Source of the DNA: Vairimorpha necatrix
Taxonomy: Eukaryota
Length of the DNA: 64,000 bases
Direction of reading: 5' to 3'
Assembly: GCA_036630325.1 (NCBI GenBank)
Contig: CP142728.1
Span: forward strand, 1,054,001-1,118,000
Shown one piece after another: positions 48,854 to 60,939 of this stretch. A program made the position numbers and the translations under genes. Each line of letters begins with the position of its first letter. The first letter of the stretch is position 1. Below the pieces are notes generated by a model, which was given only the letters and a program-made list of their open reading frames with translations, was not told the origin of the DNA and did not search any database.

Positions 48854-49008
48854 TATTACAAGAAAATATTATGATATTTTAAGAGGGCAATATAAGAATA
48901 AAAGAATTTTTTTTTTAGTGTATTATTTTATTATATTACTTTTAAGAAAGGGGCACAATTTGCATTGGTCGTGTTTTTAGACTAAACATATTTTTTAAGA
49001 AAAAAGGC

Positions 49009-49900
49009 CTAGTTTTTGCACGCTCACGGCGCGTATATTCGTTTCTAGGACTATTAAGATTTTATAAAAAAATGGCATAGTTTTTGTATGCTCATGGCGC
49101 TACTTATAATATACCTAATATTACACGGTAAAATATACTTATATTTGCTATTATTTCATCTAAGGTGTAGAAATGTAGGAGATTTTTTTACATCTAATCT
49201 TGTCGCTTTTAACTATTATTATGATCAATATTTCCTAACAACGTCATTTCTCTATTTATCTTTAACCCAATTTATGTGGAGATATTCCTGATGAATGTTT
49301 ATATTGAAGGACCTAAGAGAAAAATCCTTTTTGTTCTTCTTTAACATCAGAGCTCAAGTATGTCTTACAAAATTCAATATTAATATTGGAAAATTATAAA
49401 ATTATCGAACAATGGTAAATATTCGTAAAATTTCAACTAATTTGCCTTAATCGAGATACCTTTTAGGTTTATTCACCAAACGACTGTTGAACTCTACATG
49501 ATTATGAGTTCTCAATAATATCATTTTAGTAACCTTTATTACGAAGTTGGGCAATTTTAAAGTCACAATTTAAAAAAAAGTTTTTCTTCGGCGAATATTC
49601 TTTAATGTGTTAAATCAAAATTACTTCGTAATTTTGATTCAGTGCATGTTTTTACATCATAAAAACTTCATCTAATAGCAATTAAGAGATCTTTATTATT
49701 TTTCCGGTTGTAGTGTATTACTTCCAGTCTAATATGATGATCTCTATCAAACATACAGGAAGTTTTTGCTGTTTTTATTTTATAATATAATTTCAGCAAT
49801 ATTTATGATTGCCAAACTTCCTAACATGTTTTAAATGTATCTTAAGACAGGCAAATGCTAGATTATTGGCAGAATCTAGCCGTTACAACGTTTTCTTTTA
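49009..49900 (-). mobile_element. Probable decayed Helitron remnant (PIF1 helicase fragment + 3' end)
   Basis: Minus-strand fragments SGISPHKL and LKINREMTLLGNID resemble the Helitron SGLPPHKL-LKVG.P.MLLRNLD motif. GC hairpin ACGCGCCGTGAGCGTG followed by AAAAA-CTAG at 49009-49035. Confidence 0.5.
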
Positions 49901-50557
49901 TTTTATTAGTAATCTTGATGAAAATATCGTGGTTGACAAAATTAGTAAATAAACACTGGTTATATTGAAATTAGTTGTATTTTTGCAGATAATTTTTTTT
50001 ACAAGCTTGGTAGTACTTGATGGAAATGTCATATACATATTAAACTAAGCATTCGAATGATTCTTCCTACATTTTTAATGATTAAATTGAAGAGCTTAAG
50101 TTATTCGCGCTGACTTGTAGATTCTTAACTACATTGTATTGGATGTGGAGGATTCACCCTACCTTTTTTATAAAAATTTGTACTGCTTTGAAAAAAGGCA
50201 AATATTTTCAGTGCTTCGCCTATGCAGAAATATATCTTGATTTTTTAATTTTTTGCACCTATGGCGATAAAATATAATATCGCTAGTAGGTCTAATACAA
50301 ATTTAAGATTTGGAATGGTTATATTAAACTCCTTATCATTGTGTATAACATGGGCTTAAAAGAAATTGAACGAGTAAGCTTGCATATTATCGGCAGAGGA
50401 GGCGTATTTGATTTAAAGTCTCAAGGCTCGTTTAATTATTCGGTCTTGCTAGATAATGTTTTTAAAACTTTTTTTAAACTTATGACCCGACAAAACATCA
50501 TCTAAATAGTAGAGAGCATGGGGTTAGATCATTATTGACAAGCTTGAATTTTTTAAG

Positions 50558-51345
50558 TTTTTTTTTCTTGCAAGTAAGAGGTAGGGAGAAACCTTACATA
50601 GGGACCAGAGGGATTGGGGCGTAATCCTCATCTAACTGATACTGTAAGATTCTTACTCACTAAAACTCCCTCCATATAACTTGCCGGGTAGCAAGCGCGC
50701 CGGGGCCATTAGACTTTGGCTCCAGAGAACGCTTTCAATTTATACCTCAAATCGGGTCCAGAGTGATCTCACAGCGGATATACTTAACGGGCATGGTTAT
50801 CTATAACCCGAGGAGAGACATCATAGTACTGACTCAAAGGTCCCTACAATCATCTGTATTGCACACACGGCTCCTTACACGATCACATCTTCAGCCCGGC
50901 ATTATTATTAGGCTGCGTTGACCACCAGTCACGCACTAGTTTCGGCCACCGCGTTACAGAATCTTGTATGATGGGGTCCACGAGACCTTCTCTTGCCCTA
51001 CTTCGTCTAGTCTCTTAGTATGCTCTAGGATACCACACTTTTGTGCACTATCTATGGGCTCCAACTATGCTGTACTCAATAGATACTTTTATGTATCATT
51101 AAGTCACCAAAGGGCGATACTATTTTTGGGGGCTTTGAGGTGCATTTCTACACTAGATGCTAATCCCCTTGTGGCTGGACACCAACAAGTTTCATTGAAT
51201 CAACTTAATGATTATCGTGTACATTTACATCTTCTGAGTTGTTCCAACGGCATCATAGAAAGTAGGAAAATTTTTGGTGCTCCTGAGAATCGAATTCAGT
51301 CTTTGCTCAATATGCAACGCCTTCAACCACTGAGCTTAGGGCACC
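50558..51345 (-). mobile_element. tRNA-derived SINE, full-length copy E
   Basis: Colinear with copy A end to end, poly-A tail, 12-bp TSD AATTTTTTAAGT (50547-50558, 51350-51361). Confidence 0.88.
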
Positions 51346-52610
51346 TTCAAATTTTTTAAGTGGCATGTTTGAATTTCTTTAGTGTCATATCTCTTTGAAT
51401 TTTATGAGCTCTAATATGGAGAGAAATGAAAGAATAACAGTGCTAGTCATTATAACTTAGCGAGAGATCAAAACGATCTTTTGTTGAAATATCGAATAAA
51501 GTTTTTTTTACATTCGATATCGTAGTATTAATTATTAAAAACACATAATCAACCTACGGAGAATACTGCGCAGTGAAAAATAATATTTTTGCCGAGATAG
51601 ACCTTTTATTTAACAACATATTTGCTTGTCATTTGACTTTTAAAAACGTCTCCGATGAATAAAATTCACGGGTTACTGCAATCATGGCTATATCTGTGTT
51701 AACCAAAAAATCATAAAAAACTTGGCATTACAAGAAAAATGCTCTCGTTAATTCTAGTAAATCGTGATATCCTTGATAAAATTAATAAAAGGAGTATCTT
51801 AATACGAAATTAATAGGCACTCTAAAACCTACTTTTTTTTAAAAAAAGAAGGGAATAATGCTCAAATGGTACCAAGTTATGTATATTCGTAATCCCTTAG
51901 CAAAGCACATAAGAAATCGTTAACAAATAGTGGTCAAACTGTTTGGTGCATGTGTATAATTAAATTAAAAGATTGACTGCATTTGAGTTAAAACTTGGCG
52001 CCTAGAACTCAGAAAATTGTATAAATTTATTGATATTAATTTATCTATATTTTAGAATAATATAAAAACATGTCATAATTTTGTGCCAATTTTATACGAT
52101 CGCGTTATAATTTAAAATTATATGAGTTAGGCAGTATAATAAATTTCTGCCATCTTATTATTCACACTATTGACCTTTTATATAATTTTTTTTGTGCTAA
52201 GACGAGATTATATATTTAATCTCTACAGTTTGGGAATTAAAACAAGTCTTAAATGTTTTATGTTTAGATTATAGGCATAATTTCACAAATTTTACAGTTA
52301 TTTGATGGCTGGCTAGAAAAAAACAATAGATGACTTTTTGTAAGTAACTTTCAGATTTTAGAGAAGTTAGATATCATATATTATAGAAATTCAAACATGG
52401 CGCTATCTACTCAAATCTCGTAAAACAAAAGAGGGAAACATTTTTAAAACTACACTATTTTTTTTTACAAAAAAACAAAGAAGCTATAGGTATGGTACAA
52501 AGAGCACTTACAAGTATTTCAAAGATTCACGCAATGACAATTTTAGCAGAAAAAAAATTTTGCCAACAAATCGATTTTAAAGGGGACAGTCCATTTTTAT
52601 ATCATATTTA

Positions 52611-53615
52611 GGCTAAAGTCAGCTTTAACAGAAAAATTTCGATATAGGGTTTTTTTTGCCCCTTTTTTTAAAAAATGGAGGAGAGAATTCAAACAAGAGA
52701 AGAACTAGAAAATATATATTATGAATTGAAAATAGAAAAAGCGAAACGCAAATGTGGATCTTGTGGATCAGAGATGAAAATAAAGGACAAAAAAAGCATG
52801 AATTCGAGATGTAAATGGACTAAATGCAAATTTAATGTTTCTGTATGGAAAGATACTTTCTTTCAGCATTCTAGACTAGACCATATTACAGTATTGCAGA
52901 TACTTAATATGTGGATTCTTGGATATTCTCGTAAGTCTATCTGTCAAATCCTAGGTTGTTCTCGGCAATCAATATCTAATATACTAAAAAAGTTAAAAGA
53001 AATTGATATTTATCAGACATATCTGGCTAGTATCGGAATTATAGGTGGTAATAATACTATTGTAGAGATTGATGAATCTAAGATTGGTAAAAATAAATAT
53101 AATAGAGGCCAACCAGTAAAAGGTTTCTGGTGTTTTGGTATAGTCGAACGTACCATACAACGTCGAATTATATTTATATATATTGAGAAAAGAGACCAAA
53201 TAACGTTAACTAATCTTTTGTTAAAGTATGTAGACAGAAATAGTACAATTTATAGCGATATGTGGAGAGCCTACTAAAAATTGTGCTTAATATTTAACCA
53301 ACATCTGGTAATAAATTTTTCTCTACACTTCAGAGACCCAATAACCGGAGTTCATACAAATACCATAGAAGGTAATTGGCGCTCTTTAAAAAATTCTATT
53401 CCAAATAGAAACAGATCTGTTCGTAGTGCGAAACTTTATTTATCCAGGTATATGCTACAAAGGAACTCTTCTACCATGGGTTTTCACGCATTATTAAATT
53501 ATTTATTTTATTTGTTATTTTTGTTTCTTCCTCAACATTTTTTCTCCTCCATTTTTTAAAAAAAGGGGCAAAAAACCCCTATATCGAAATTTTTCTGTTA
53601 AAGCTGACTTTAGCC
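52611..53615 (+). mobile_element. Merlin (IS1595-like) DNA transposon
   Basis: ~75-bp TIRs beginning GGCTAAAGTCAGC, 8-bp TSD CATATTTA/CATATTTG, transposase inside. Confidence 0.92.
52675..53559 (+). pseudogene. Merlin/IS1595 DDE transposase with one in-frame TAA (53275-53277)
   Basis: CxxC zinc ribbon, VEIDES, IYSDMWRAY, HTNTIEGNW. The two ORFs are in the same frame. Confidence 0.9.
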
Positions 53616-54202
53616 CATATTTGTAAAAATATTCTATGGATCTTTATACTTAGATTATTCTTAATCGATGTCTGGTGTCTGTTCATTTGATCAAATGAAA
53701 CGAGTTTTATAAAGTATAGCTTTATAATAATCTTAGAAATACAATTTATTGATCTTTTTTCGTGTTCATGAACATATCCCTTGTTTTCTATTTTAGTCTA
53801 GAATATCGGCCCAGGATTTAGTCTTCATGCAAATTTTTCTTTTGATACTCATTAAAATTTTAAAAATAAATTTTCTGTAAATTTATTCCTGGTGATGAAC
53901 TAATGTTTTCTAATATTGTTTGCTCATACATTAAATATTTATTAATAGGACATTAACACATTTTACTGGAATATAAATTCGTAAAAGTAAAATATATTTT
54001 TTTTAAAAAAACAAATGTAAAAACCTACAGGTTTTTTTTTCAATAATTTTGTAATTGATTCAATATAGTTTATTTTCTAAATATAAATAAAATCTAAACT
54101 TTATCTTGTCATTCAGAATTAAATTTTGACATATTTCAAATTCAATCAAAAATCATTGATGCGTCATGGACGTCGTGATATTAAAAAATTATATCCCTTA
54201 AA

Positions 54203-54913
54203 ATGACTACAATCAGTGAGATTCTCAAGTATATTACAATCCATCCTGATAGTCTAGCAACTTACAAAGATTCTTTGGCTGTAAAGAAAAACGAGCCCGT
54301 GTTTATTTTCGATATTGATGATACATTGTACAAGATGAGTTCGGATATGCAAAAAGCTGAATATAAATCGTGGATGACTGTGTTTGATCATCTAAATAAC
54401 CCGAAAATTACAGATAAAACTTTCCATGAGATTTTAAACAGTAGTCCGATGCAAGGAGGCGGATTTTATAAACTTTTTGAAAAAACAGTCAAAGAAGCTG
54501 AGACACTGCGAGGAAACTTTAAATATGAAGTTTATCTCTCTAAAGATGCTTCTTTAAGAGAAGTTTTACTTGATCTGAAATATAAAAAGTATTGTTTTAC
54601 TAATGGCTCGAAATCAAGATCCCAATCTATTTTACGATGTTTAGGCTTAGAAGACTGTTTTGACGGGGTCGTATGTATTGACGATACTGAAATGGGCACA
54701 AGAGGCAAACCTTTTGCCTTTTCGTACGAATTTATAATTGAGCTTTTAAAGATTGAAGATAACCCGAATATATACTTTTTTGATGATAGTAAATTTAATA
54801 TCGAAAAAGCTAAAGAATATAATTGGAGGTGTTATAAAATTGAAAAAGATACGAATCTAGTGGAGATTATTAAAAAAATTAATGAAGACTTGAAGGTAGC
54901 AGGAGAACGTTAA
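54203..54913 (+). CDS. HAD-superfamily pyrimidine 5'-nucleotidase-like, paralog 2
   Basis: Same length and motifs as 33885-34595 but clearly diverged. Confidence 0.88.
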   Translation: MTTISEILKYITIHPDSLATYKDSLAVKKNEPVFIFDIDDTLYKMSSDMQKAEYKSWMTVFDHLNNPKITDKTFHEILNSSPMQGGGFYKLFEKTVKEAETLRGNFKYEVYLSKDASLREVLLDLKYKKYCFTNGSKSRSQSILRCLGLEDCFDGVVCIDDTEMGTRGKPFAFSYEFIIELLKIEDNPNIYFFDDSKFNIEKAKEYNWRCYKIEKDTNLVEIIKKINEDLKVAGER

Positions 54914-55666
54914 TAAACTTTTAATCTTTTATACAGAATTTAATTGGTATTTATATATTAGCTAACACTATTTAAAAAAAATTTCACAATTATACTGCAT
55001 TTTAAATAACTGTTACGTGTTAATTTAGATAAAAAAAACTCATTTTTTAACAGATTCTTGCTTAAATGACTTTTTTTTACAGACAAGAAATTTCTTTGCC
55101 TTTTAAAAAAACTCCGAAGTTTACATGGCAATAATCATAAAAAAAACAAATTTCATATTCTTAAAGCAATATTATATTACAAATTAATTTAAGGGTTTCC
55201 ACAGTGAACATTTAAATTGTCTTGACATAGAGGCAACGAATTTAATTTTATCAAATGAAATGAAATCGCCAGAATATGCTTAAATTAATCTGGGTTTAAT
55301 TGGTGAAAAAGAGTCTATACGAGTAATTGTATAATTATAAGCTCAGATAAATTAGTTTTACGAATTTTATACCTATTTATTTACATGTTTGATCTAACTC
55401 ATATTCAGAGATGATTAACACGAATTATAAAAAAAAATTAGTTTCTTGTAATAATCATAACAAGATACATGACTGGGAAAGAATAATGAAATTATATAGA
55501 AATATAATTCAAATTGGGCATTTAACATATTTATTTGTGCAACTATGAAATAATAAATTAATCGAAAAATATTTTTTAATTTAAAAGGTACAAACGAACA
55601 CAAAAAATAAATAAATGTTAAACAATTTTATTTTTATAAAACTGTTGTGTAAAAAGTAAATAATTT

Positions 55667-55843
55667 TTAATTCCGTTTTAATATATCGAAATTTAACTTG
55701 GGGTCGTCTGTTTGAACTGTAATTGTGACATTAAATTCATTATTATTTTGTTTTGCCATTTCATAAATATGTTTATCAACTACAATTTGAAATATAATTT
55801 TATCTTCTTTTTCTTTAAGAGGAATATTAAACTTTCTTTTCAT
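55667..55843 (-). CDS. Small hypothetical protein (58 aa), copy 2
   Basis: Mirror of 31895-32071. Confidence 0.45.
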   Translation of the reverse strand: MKRKFNIPLKEKEDKIIFQIVVDKHIYEMAKQNNNEFNVTITVQTDDPKLNFDILKRN

Positions 55844-56068
55844 GATGGGCACGAAGATCAAGACTACTCAATCATTAAAAGGGGTTTAAAATAGGAGTCG
55901 ATGTCAAATATAAAATGATGGTATCAAAATTAGTAATAAAATTTTTAACCGTAGCGTTGTTATTTTTTTAAAAATAATTAATTTTTATGAATTTGTTTGT
56001 TTTTATAAACAAAATAAAAATAAATGATTTATAAACTTTTAATTCAAAATATTGCATAAACAAAAAAT

Positions 56069-58570
56069 ATGAACATTGGAAAAATTTATTTGACAGAAAT
56101 ACAATTTGAGAAAATGTGGAGTTTAATACATTATGAATTGGACTTGTTATACAATAACAAGAAATGTAGTGCATTAATTATCTACAACAATGTATACATT
56201 ATTTGTACATCAACTTCTCACAAATTTGTAGAAGATTTGTATTGGAAAATAGGAGATTTTCTTTATGAAATTTTGAAAGCCAATAAGCATAAAATTTTTG
56301 AGTCTGATAGATGGATTAGTGAATATACAATATTTTATAAAAAATATTTAGCCTTTGTTAAAAGTATAAATGAACTTGCTGATTATTTAAATCAATATAT
56401 AACAACAAAATCTATATACAACTTTGCCTTTTTACTTTGGGAGAGATGTATTTTACAAAAATGTTTCAAATATAAAAAAATTAATTTAGGAGAACATATA
56501 ATTTTTCATGATAATCCAGAAGAAATAAAAATATGTATAGAAAGTTTAAAAAATATAATTGTAGATCCGAAAATGCCACTTTTATATTATTCAGAAAGAT
56601 ATGAAAAATATGCTTTTTCTAATATAATTGATAAATGCACAGATTTTGTTAATAAATTTAAAAAAGATGATATCTTTGAATATTTAGAAAGTGTAAATAT
56701 TTTTATAAAAAATGAAAGAGTTAGAAGAAAAAATATTTTTTTAAAAGAATCTTGGAATAAGTTAGATTTAATAATTGAAGATATTTTAATTGTACAAAAA
56801 AAGAAATGGATAAAAAACGAGATTTATAAAATATTAATTGAACATAATTTACCAGTAGAAATATTAAATACAATTAGAAATAGCATGACTGATAATAAAA
56901 AATCTTTTAGTTTAGATGATTTTATTCCAGGTACTAGAAATGGGAATGCTCCCCAAGTTAAGAGTAATAGAATTAATGATTTTAAAAAAGAAACAAATTT
57001 ACAATCAAATTGTAAAACAATTTCTAATTTTACAAAGAACGAAATGACTCATTTCCCCTTAAATGATTTTTATGCTTTATTTTCTAGTAATATTCAGAAT
57101 TTATACACTTACACTACGCCTGCTTTAAATCAAATGAAAATTATCACGAAACATTTATCAATTGTAAAATTTTCTTCTGATATTTTAGAAAGTGTATTAC
57201 TAAAGTTTTTAACTAATCAAATATTAAGTTTTAATCATTTACTTGATAAAAATATTGAGACTTTGTATATTTTTTATACATTGTTCGAACATGTAGTCAA
57301 GGTAGGATTTCATAATTCTAAAATGTATTATTTAATTCTTAAGAAAAAGTTAAAAGAAGTTTATAATTCTCTTAATCCTTCATTAAGTACTAGACTTATC
57401 AAGTTTAGCAATTTAATTATTTCTGGAGATTGTGTATTAGAAAAAAAATACGTAACTTTAAGAAAAGGATTTATTGATTTTTACGCTAGAAGTGAAATTT
57501 GTAATTTTAATGAAGAAGAAGGCATTGATTATTGGGGAGACAATGAGTCATCGTCAAGTTCTAATAATGAAGAAATTTTAGAAGTTAATTATGAAGAAAT
57601 TATACCATTTGATAATCCAGAGAAATTAAAATCTAAAGAAGAACCTCCAATGAAAAATCAAGTTTACACGCATAAGCGAAATGTAAGTCTACCTGATTTA
57701 TCAAAGGCACCAAATGTTTCGTATAAAGACAGTGCGCTTCTTAGAGTGTTCGTTTATCTTTACGATTTGGTAGATGATAAAATAGATTTTTTTAAAAAAT
57801 ATCTTCGCGAAGTAAGTCGTCGAGTTCTTTTGTATGAGGTGAATTATTATAAAGAATTAGAGATTTTTACATTATTGACATGTGAAGATCGAGATTTAAA
57901 ACTTAAAGGAGAAATCATGTTTAGTGAAATGAAAGATTTTACTAGTACAAAATCAGGTATAATTTTATTAACAGAATCTGCCTGGGCCTTGGATATTGAA
58001 AATATAAATATAAAAATTCCTGATATTTTTACAGATAAAATGAAGAATGTAGAAAAAAGTAGAGTAAATTGGGCTTGGGAATACAGCGTAGTTGTTATAG
58101 AATTAGGAGATAAAGAATTTCGGCTTAATTTTCTACAATACATAATTATTAATTTATTTAATAACTATAAATTTATAACAAAATTAATAATTAAAAATGA
58201 GACAGGCATGACTCAATCTCTTTTAGAAATTACAGTAAAATCTTTAATAACTTCCAAATTATTAATCTCTGAAAATGATAAATTTATTTTAAATTGCAAG
58301 GCAGAGACTACAAATGTAGTGGATTATTTTATTAAAGAAGATCTAAATAAAGAACATGAGATTGATAAAGAAATGTATTACCTCTGTAAAATATCTAATA
58401 CAATGAAAAAATATAAAAATATGTCTGAGTCTGACACTTTAAAAACAATAAAAGAAATGCACACAGACAAATTTATCTTCTCGAATGACGATTTTAGCAA
58501 TAGCGTGAAAATTCTAATAGAAAAAGGAATTATAGAAAAATGTGAAGGGTCCTTAAAATACATTCCATAA
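56069..58570 (+). CDS. Cullin family protein, copy 2
   Basis: 833 aa, about a dozen substitutions relative to copy 1. Confidence 0.85.
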   Translation: MNIGKIYLTEIQFEKMWSLIHYELDLLYNNKKCSALIIYNNVYIICTSTSHKFVEDLYWKIGDFLYEILKANKHKIFESDRWISEYTIFYKKYLAFVKSINELADYLNQYITTKSIYNFAFLLWERCILQKCFKYKKINLGEHIIFHDNPEEIKICIESLKNIIVDPKMPLLYYSERYEKYAFSNIIDKCTDFVNKFKKDDIFEYLESVNIFIKNERVRRKNIFLKESWNKLDLIIEDILIVQKKKWIKNEIYKILIEHNLPVEILNTIRNSMTDNKKSFSLDDFIPGTRNGNAPQVKSNRINDFKKETNLQSNCKTISNFTKNEMTHFPLNDFYALFSSNIQNLYTYTTPALNQMKIITKHLSIVKFSSDILESVLLKFLTNQILSFNHLLDKNIETLYIFYTLFEHVVKVGFHNSKMYYLILKKKLKEVYNSLNPSLSTRLIKFSNLIISGDCVLEKKYVTLRKGFIDFYARSEICNFNEEEGIDYWGDNESSSSSNNEEILEVNYEEIIPFDNPEKLKSKEEPPMKNQVYTHKRNVSLPDLSKAPNVSYKDSALLRVFVYLYDLVDDKIDFFKKYLREVSRRVLLYEVNYYKELEIFTLLTCEDRDLKLKGEIMFSEMKDFTSTKSGIILLTESAWALDIENINIKIPDIFTDKMKNVEKSRVNWAWEYSVVVIELGDKEFRLNFLQYIIINLFNNYKFITKLIIKNETGMTQSLLEITVKSLITSKLLISENDKFILNCKAETTNVVDYFIKEDLNKEHEIDKEMYYLCKISNTMKKYKNMSESDTLKTIKEMHTDKFIFSNDDFSNSVKILIEKGIIEKCEGSLKYIP

Positions 58571-58775
58571 CTAAGATACAATAAATGTATACAATTAAAA
58601 TATTTTGCTTTAATGTCAACGTCATGTTCTAAATAATAGTCTTTGATTCAAATTAAAAACAACACATAACCATTTATGTCGTTTTATCAGTTTATTCGCA
58701 ATCTTAAAAACTAACTGGCAAACAAAAATTAATTTTTTTGTGCAATGGACAAGTTGCAAATTTATTTTTATTCGA

Positions 58776-59080
58776 TTTTTTTTTGCAAGTAACAACAAGG
58801 GAGAAACATTACATGGGAACCAGATGGAGCTGTGATTGATCCTTATCCACTAAAACTGTACGATTTTTTCTCGCTATACTCCCTCTTATAACTTGCCGGC
58901 AAATAAGCTCTACAGAATCAAATCGAATTTTTGCACCTGAAGATGTTTTTCGTCCATATCTCAAATCGTGTCCAGGGTGACCATACAGAGGATATTTGAC
59001 TAGTAACTCAAGAAGAGACATCGTCGTACTAGCATAAAGGTCTTCACTATCATCTATATCTCACACGCACCTCCACATCA
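58776..59080 (-). mobile_element. SINE fragment F (duplicate of C)
   Basis: Mirror of 28660-28965; tail reads TTTTTTTTTGCAAGTAA on +. Confidence 0.75.
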
Positions 59081-59343
59081 CAAACCAACCTTGTTTTGAT
59101 ACATATAAACATCGATAATTTTCTATATATATATATATTTGAATTACTCAGAGGTGTTCTCTTATTTCATTTAAGAGATGCTTCCGTATTAATGTTTGGT
59201 AGATCGCGAAATTTAGCGTTTAAAAACAGAGTTGTTTTTGGTTAGTTATAAGTCAACTTGGTAAAGACAAATATAAGCTCGATTTGCATGATGCGATAAA
59301 TGATATTAAAATGACTGACAAATGTAATCTAAACCCAAAATAA

Positions 59344-59989
59344 GGTGCCCCAGTTCAGTGGTCAAAGGCGATGCTTTCATTGAGCAATGGTAGGGTTCGA
59401 ATCTAGTTGCACCGATATTGTATGTACTTTCCATGATGCAGTTAAAACAAACAAGATGATGAAAATGCCCATGATAATATTATGTTGATTCAATACATCT
59501 TATATGGAAACGCACTTCAGTGCCGAAAAACAGTAATACTCCACTGGTAACTTAATTATACACAAAAGTATCTAATGGGTACGGCCAAGTTGGAACCCAT
59601 AGCTGGTGCACTTTAATGTCGTTTCCTAGAGCTAACTATGAGACTAGACGAAGTAAAGCAATAGAAGGTCTCGTGGACCCTATCCTACAAGATTCTTACC
59701 TGCTGGCCGAAACCGGTGGGAGACTGGTGGTTAATGCAGTCCAATAAAAATGCCGGACTCTTGAATTGGCGGTATAAGGAGCCACATGTGCGATACAGAT
59801 GATTGTGGGGACCTTTATGTTAGTACGTTGATACATTTCCTCGGGCTATTCAAATCTTGCCCGATATTTGCATCTGCTGTGAATCTTGCTAGACGTGATC
59901 AGCATGTTCTAATAGTCTCTAAGACAGAATAACATTACTAGGATTATTGGAGGGAGTTTTAGTGAGTAAGAATCTCAAAGTATCAGTTG
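59344..59989 (+). mobile_element. SINE copy G (duplicate of B)
   Basis: Begins GGTGCCCCAGTTCAGTGGT..GGGTTCGAATC; mirror of 27751-28396. Confidence 0.85.
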
Positions 59990-60205
59990 TATGAAAAATA
60001 CAAAGACCTCTTTATATGTTTTCTTTTTTTTCAAAAATTATTTTTCTATTTTTGTTCCTCATTTATTTATGCTAATATTTTACAAATTTTATTATATTTT
60101 TAGGAACAAACAAACTTTTGTATATATTTTGGTCATTGATAAAATAAACTAATAATCTCCATTTGTTTAATACATTTCTCAGTTATGATATATCCCCCCT
60201 GTAAA

Positions 60206-60397
60206 ATGTCTTTTAAAATTAACAGAGACAAGTCTGCAAATATTGAAGATGTTGATTTACACGAATCTATTAAAAATCTACAAGACGATATTCAGTCACT
60301 AGAGAAATCAATAATTTATTATGAAAAAAGACTAGAAATCTTAGAAATAGAAAACACTGATCTACGTGACAAAATACAAGAAAAAATCAAAAAATAA
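60206..60397 (+). CDS. Small coiled-coil protein, copy 2
   Basis: Mirror of 27345-27536. Confidence 0.6.
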   Translation: MSFKINRDKSANIEDVDLHESIKNLQDDIQSLEKSIIYYEKRLEILEIENTDLRDKIQEKIKK

Positions 60398-60414
60398 ATA
60401 ATTTTCTTACCCTC

Positions 60415-60939
60415 ATGACTATAACTAATATTTTAAATGAACTGTACAATTTAGCCAAGTGGAAAGTTCAGAAAGAATTTGTTGATAATTTAAATATAAA
60501 AGACGAACATTTATGGCTAGTAGAAATAGACAAGATTTTTGATAAAATTCCTACTGATAGAAAAGATAAATTTTATTATCTTGTTGATAAATTATCGGTA
60601 AAAATTAAAGATATAGATTTTGTTTGTAAACTAACAAATTTGTCATACTACATTGTCTGTACAAATATTAATAATTTCGAAGTAGCAGATATTTTTAAAT
60701 ATGCCATTAATCACAAGATATTTGACTATGATTTATTCAGTAAAATAGATTTTGATATTTTAGAAATTAAGGAGTTGCTTAAGAAGAAGACAGTGATAAA
60801 CAGGGACTTCTTTTCTAAATACATAACAAATAAATATACACATTTATATATTCTTCTTTTATTTATGTGCTCTTTTCTTTTATTTTTTTTTTGCCCCCTA
60901 TGCTTGTCATTAATAAAAAATATAAAGTCGACGCCATAG
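60415..60939 (+). CDS. Hypothetical protein copy 2, with read-through C-terminal extension
   Basis: Near-identical to copy 1 up to KYITNK, then runs past the duplication breakpoint. Confidence 0.6.
   Translation: MTITNILNELYNLAKWKVQKEFVDNLNIKDEHLWLVEIDKIFDKIPTDRKDKFYYLVDKLSVKIKDIDFVCKLTNLSYYIVCTNINNFEVADIFKYAINHKIFDYDLFSKIDFDILEIKELLKKKTVINRDFFSKYITNKYTHLYILLLFMCSFLLFFFCPLCLSLIKNIKSTP

Larger units (their letters stand above)
55375..60835. repeat. Right arm of the inverted segmental duplication
   Basis: Mirror of 26907-32335. Confidence 0.95.
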
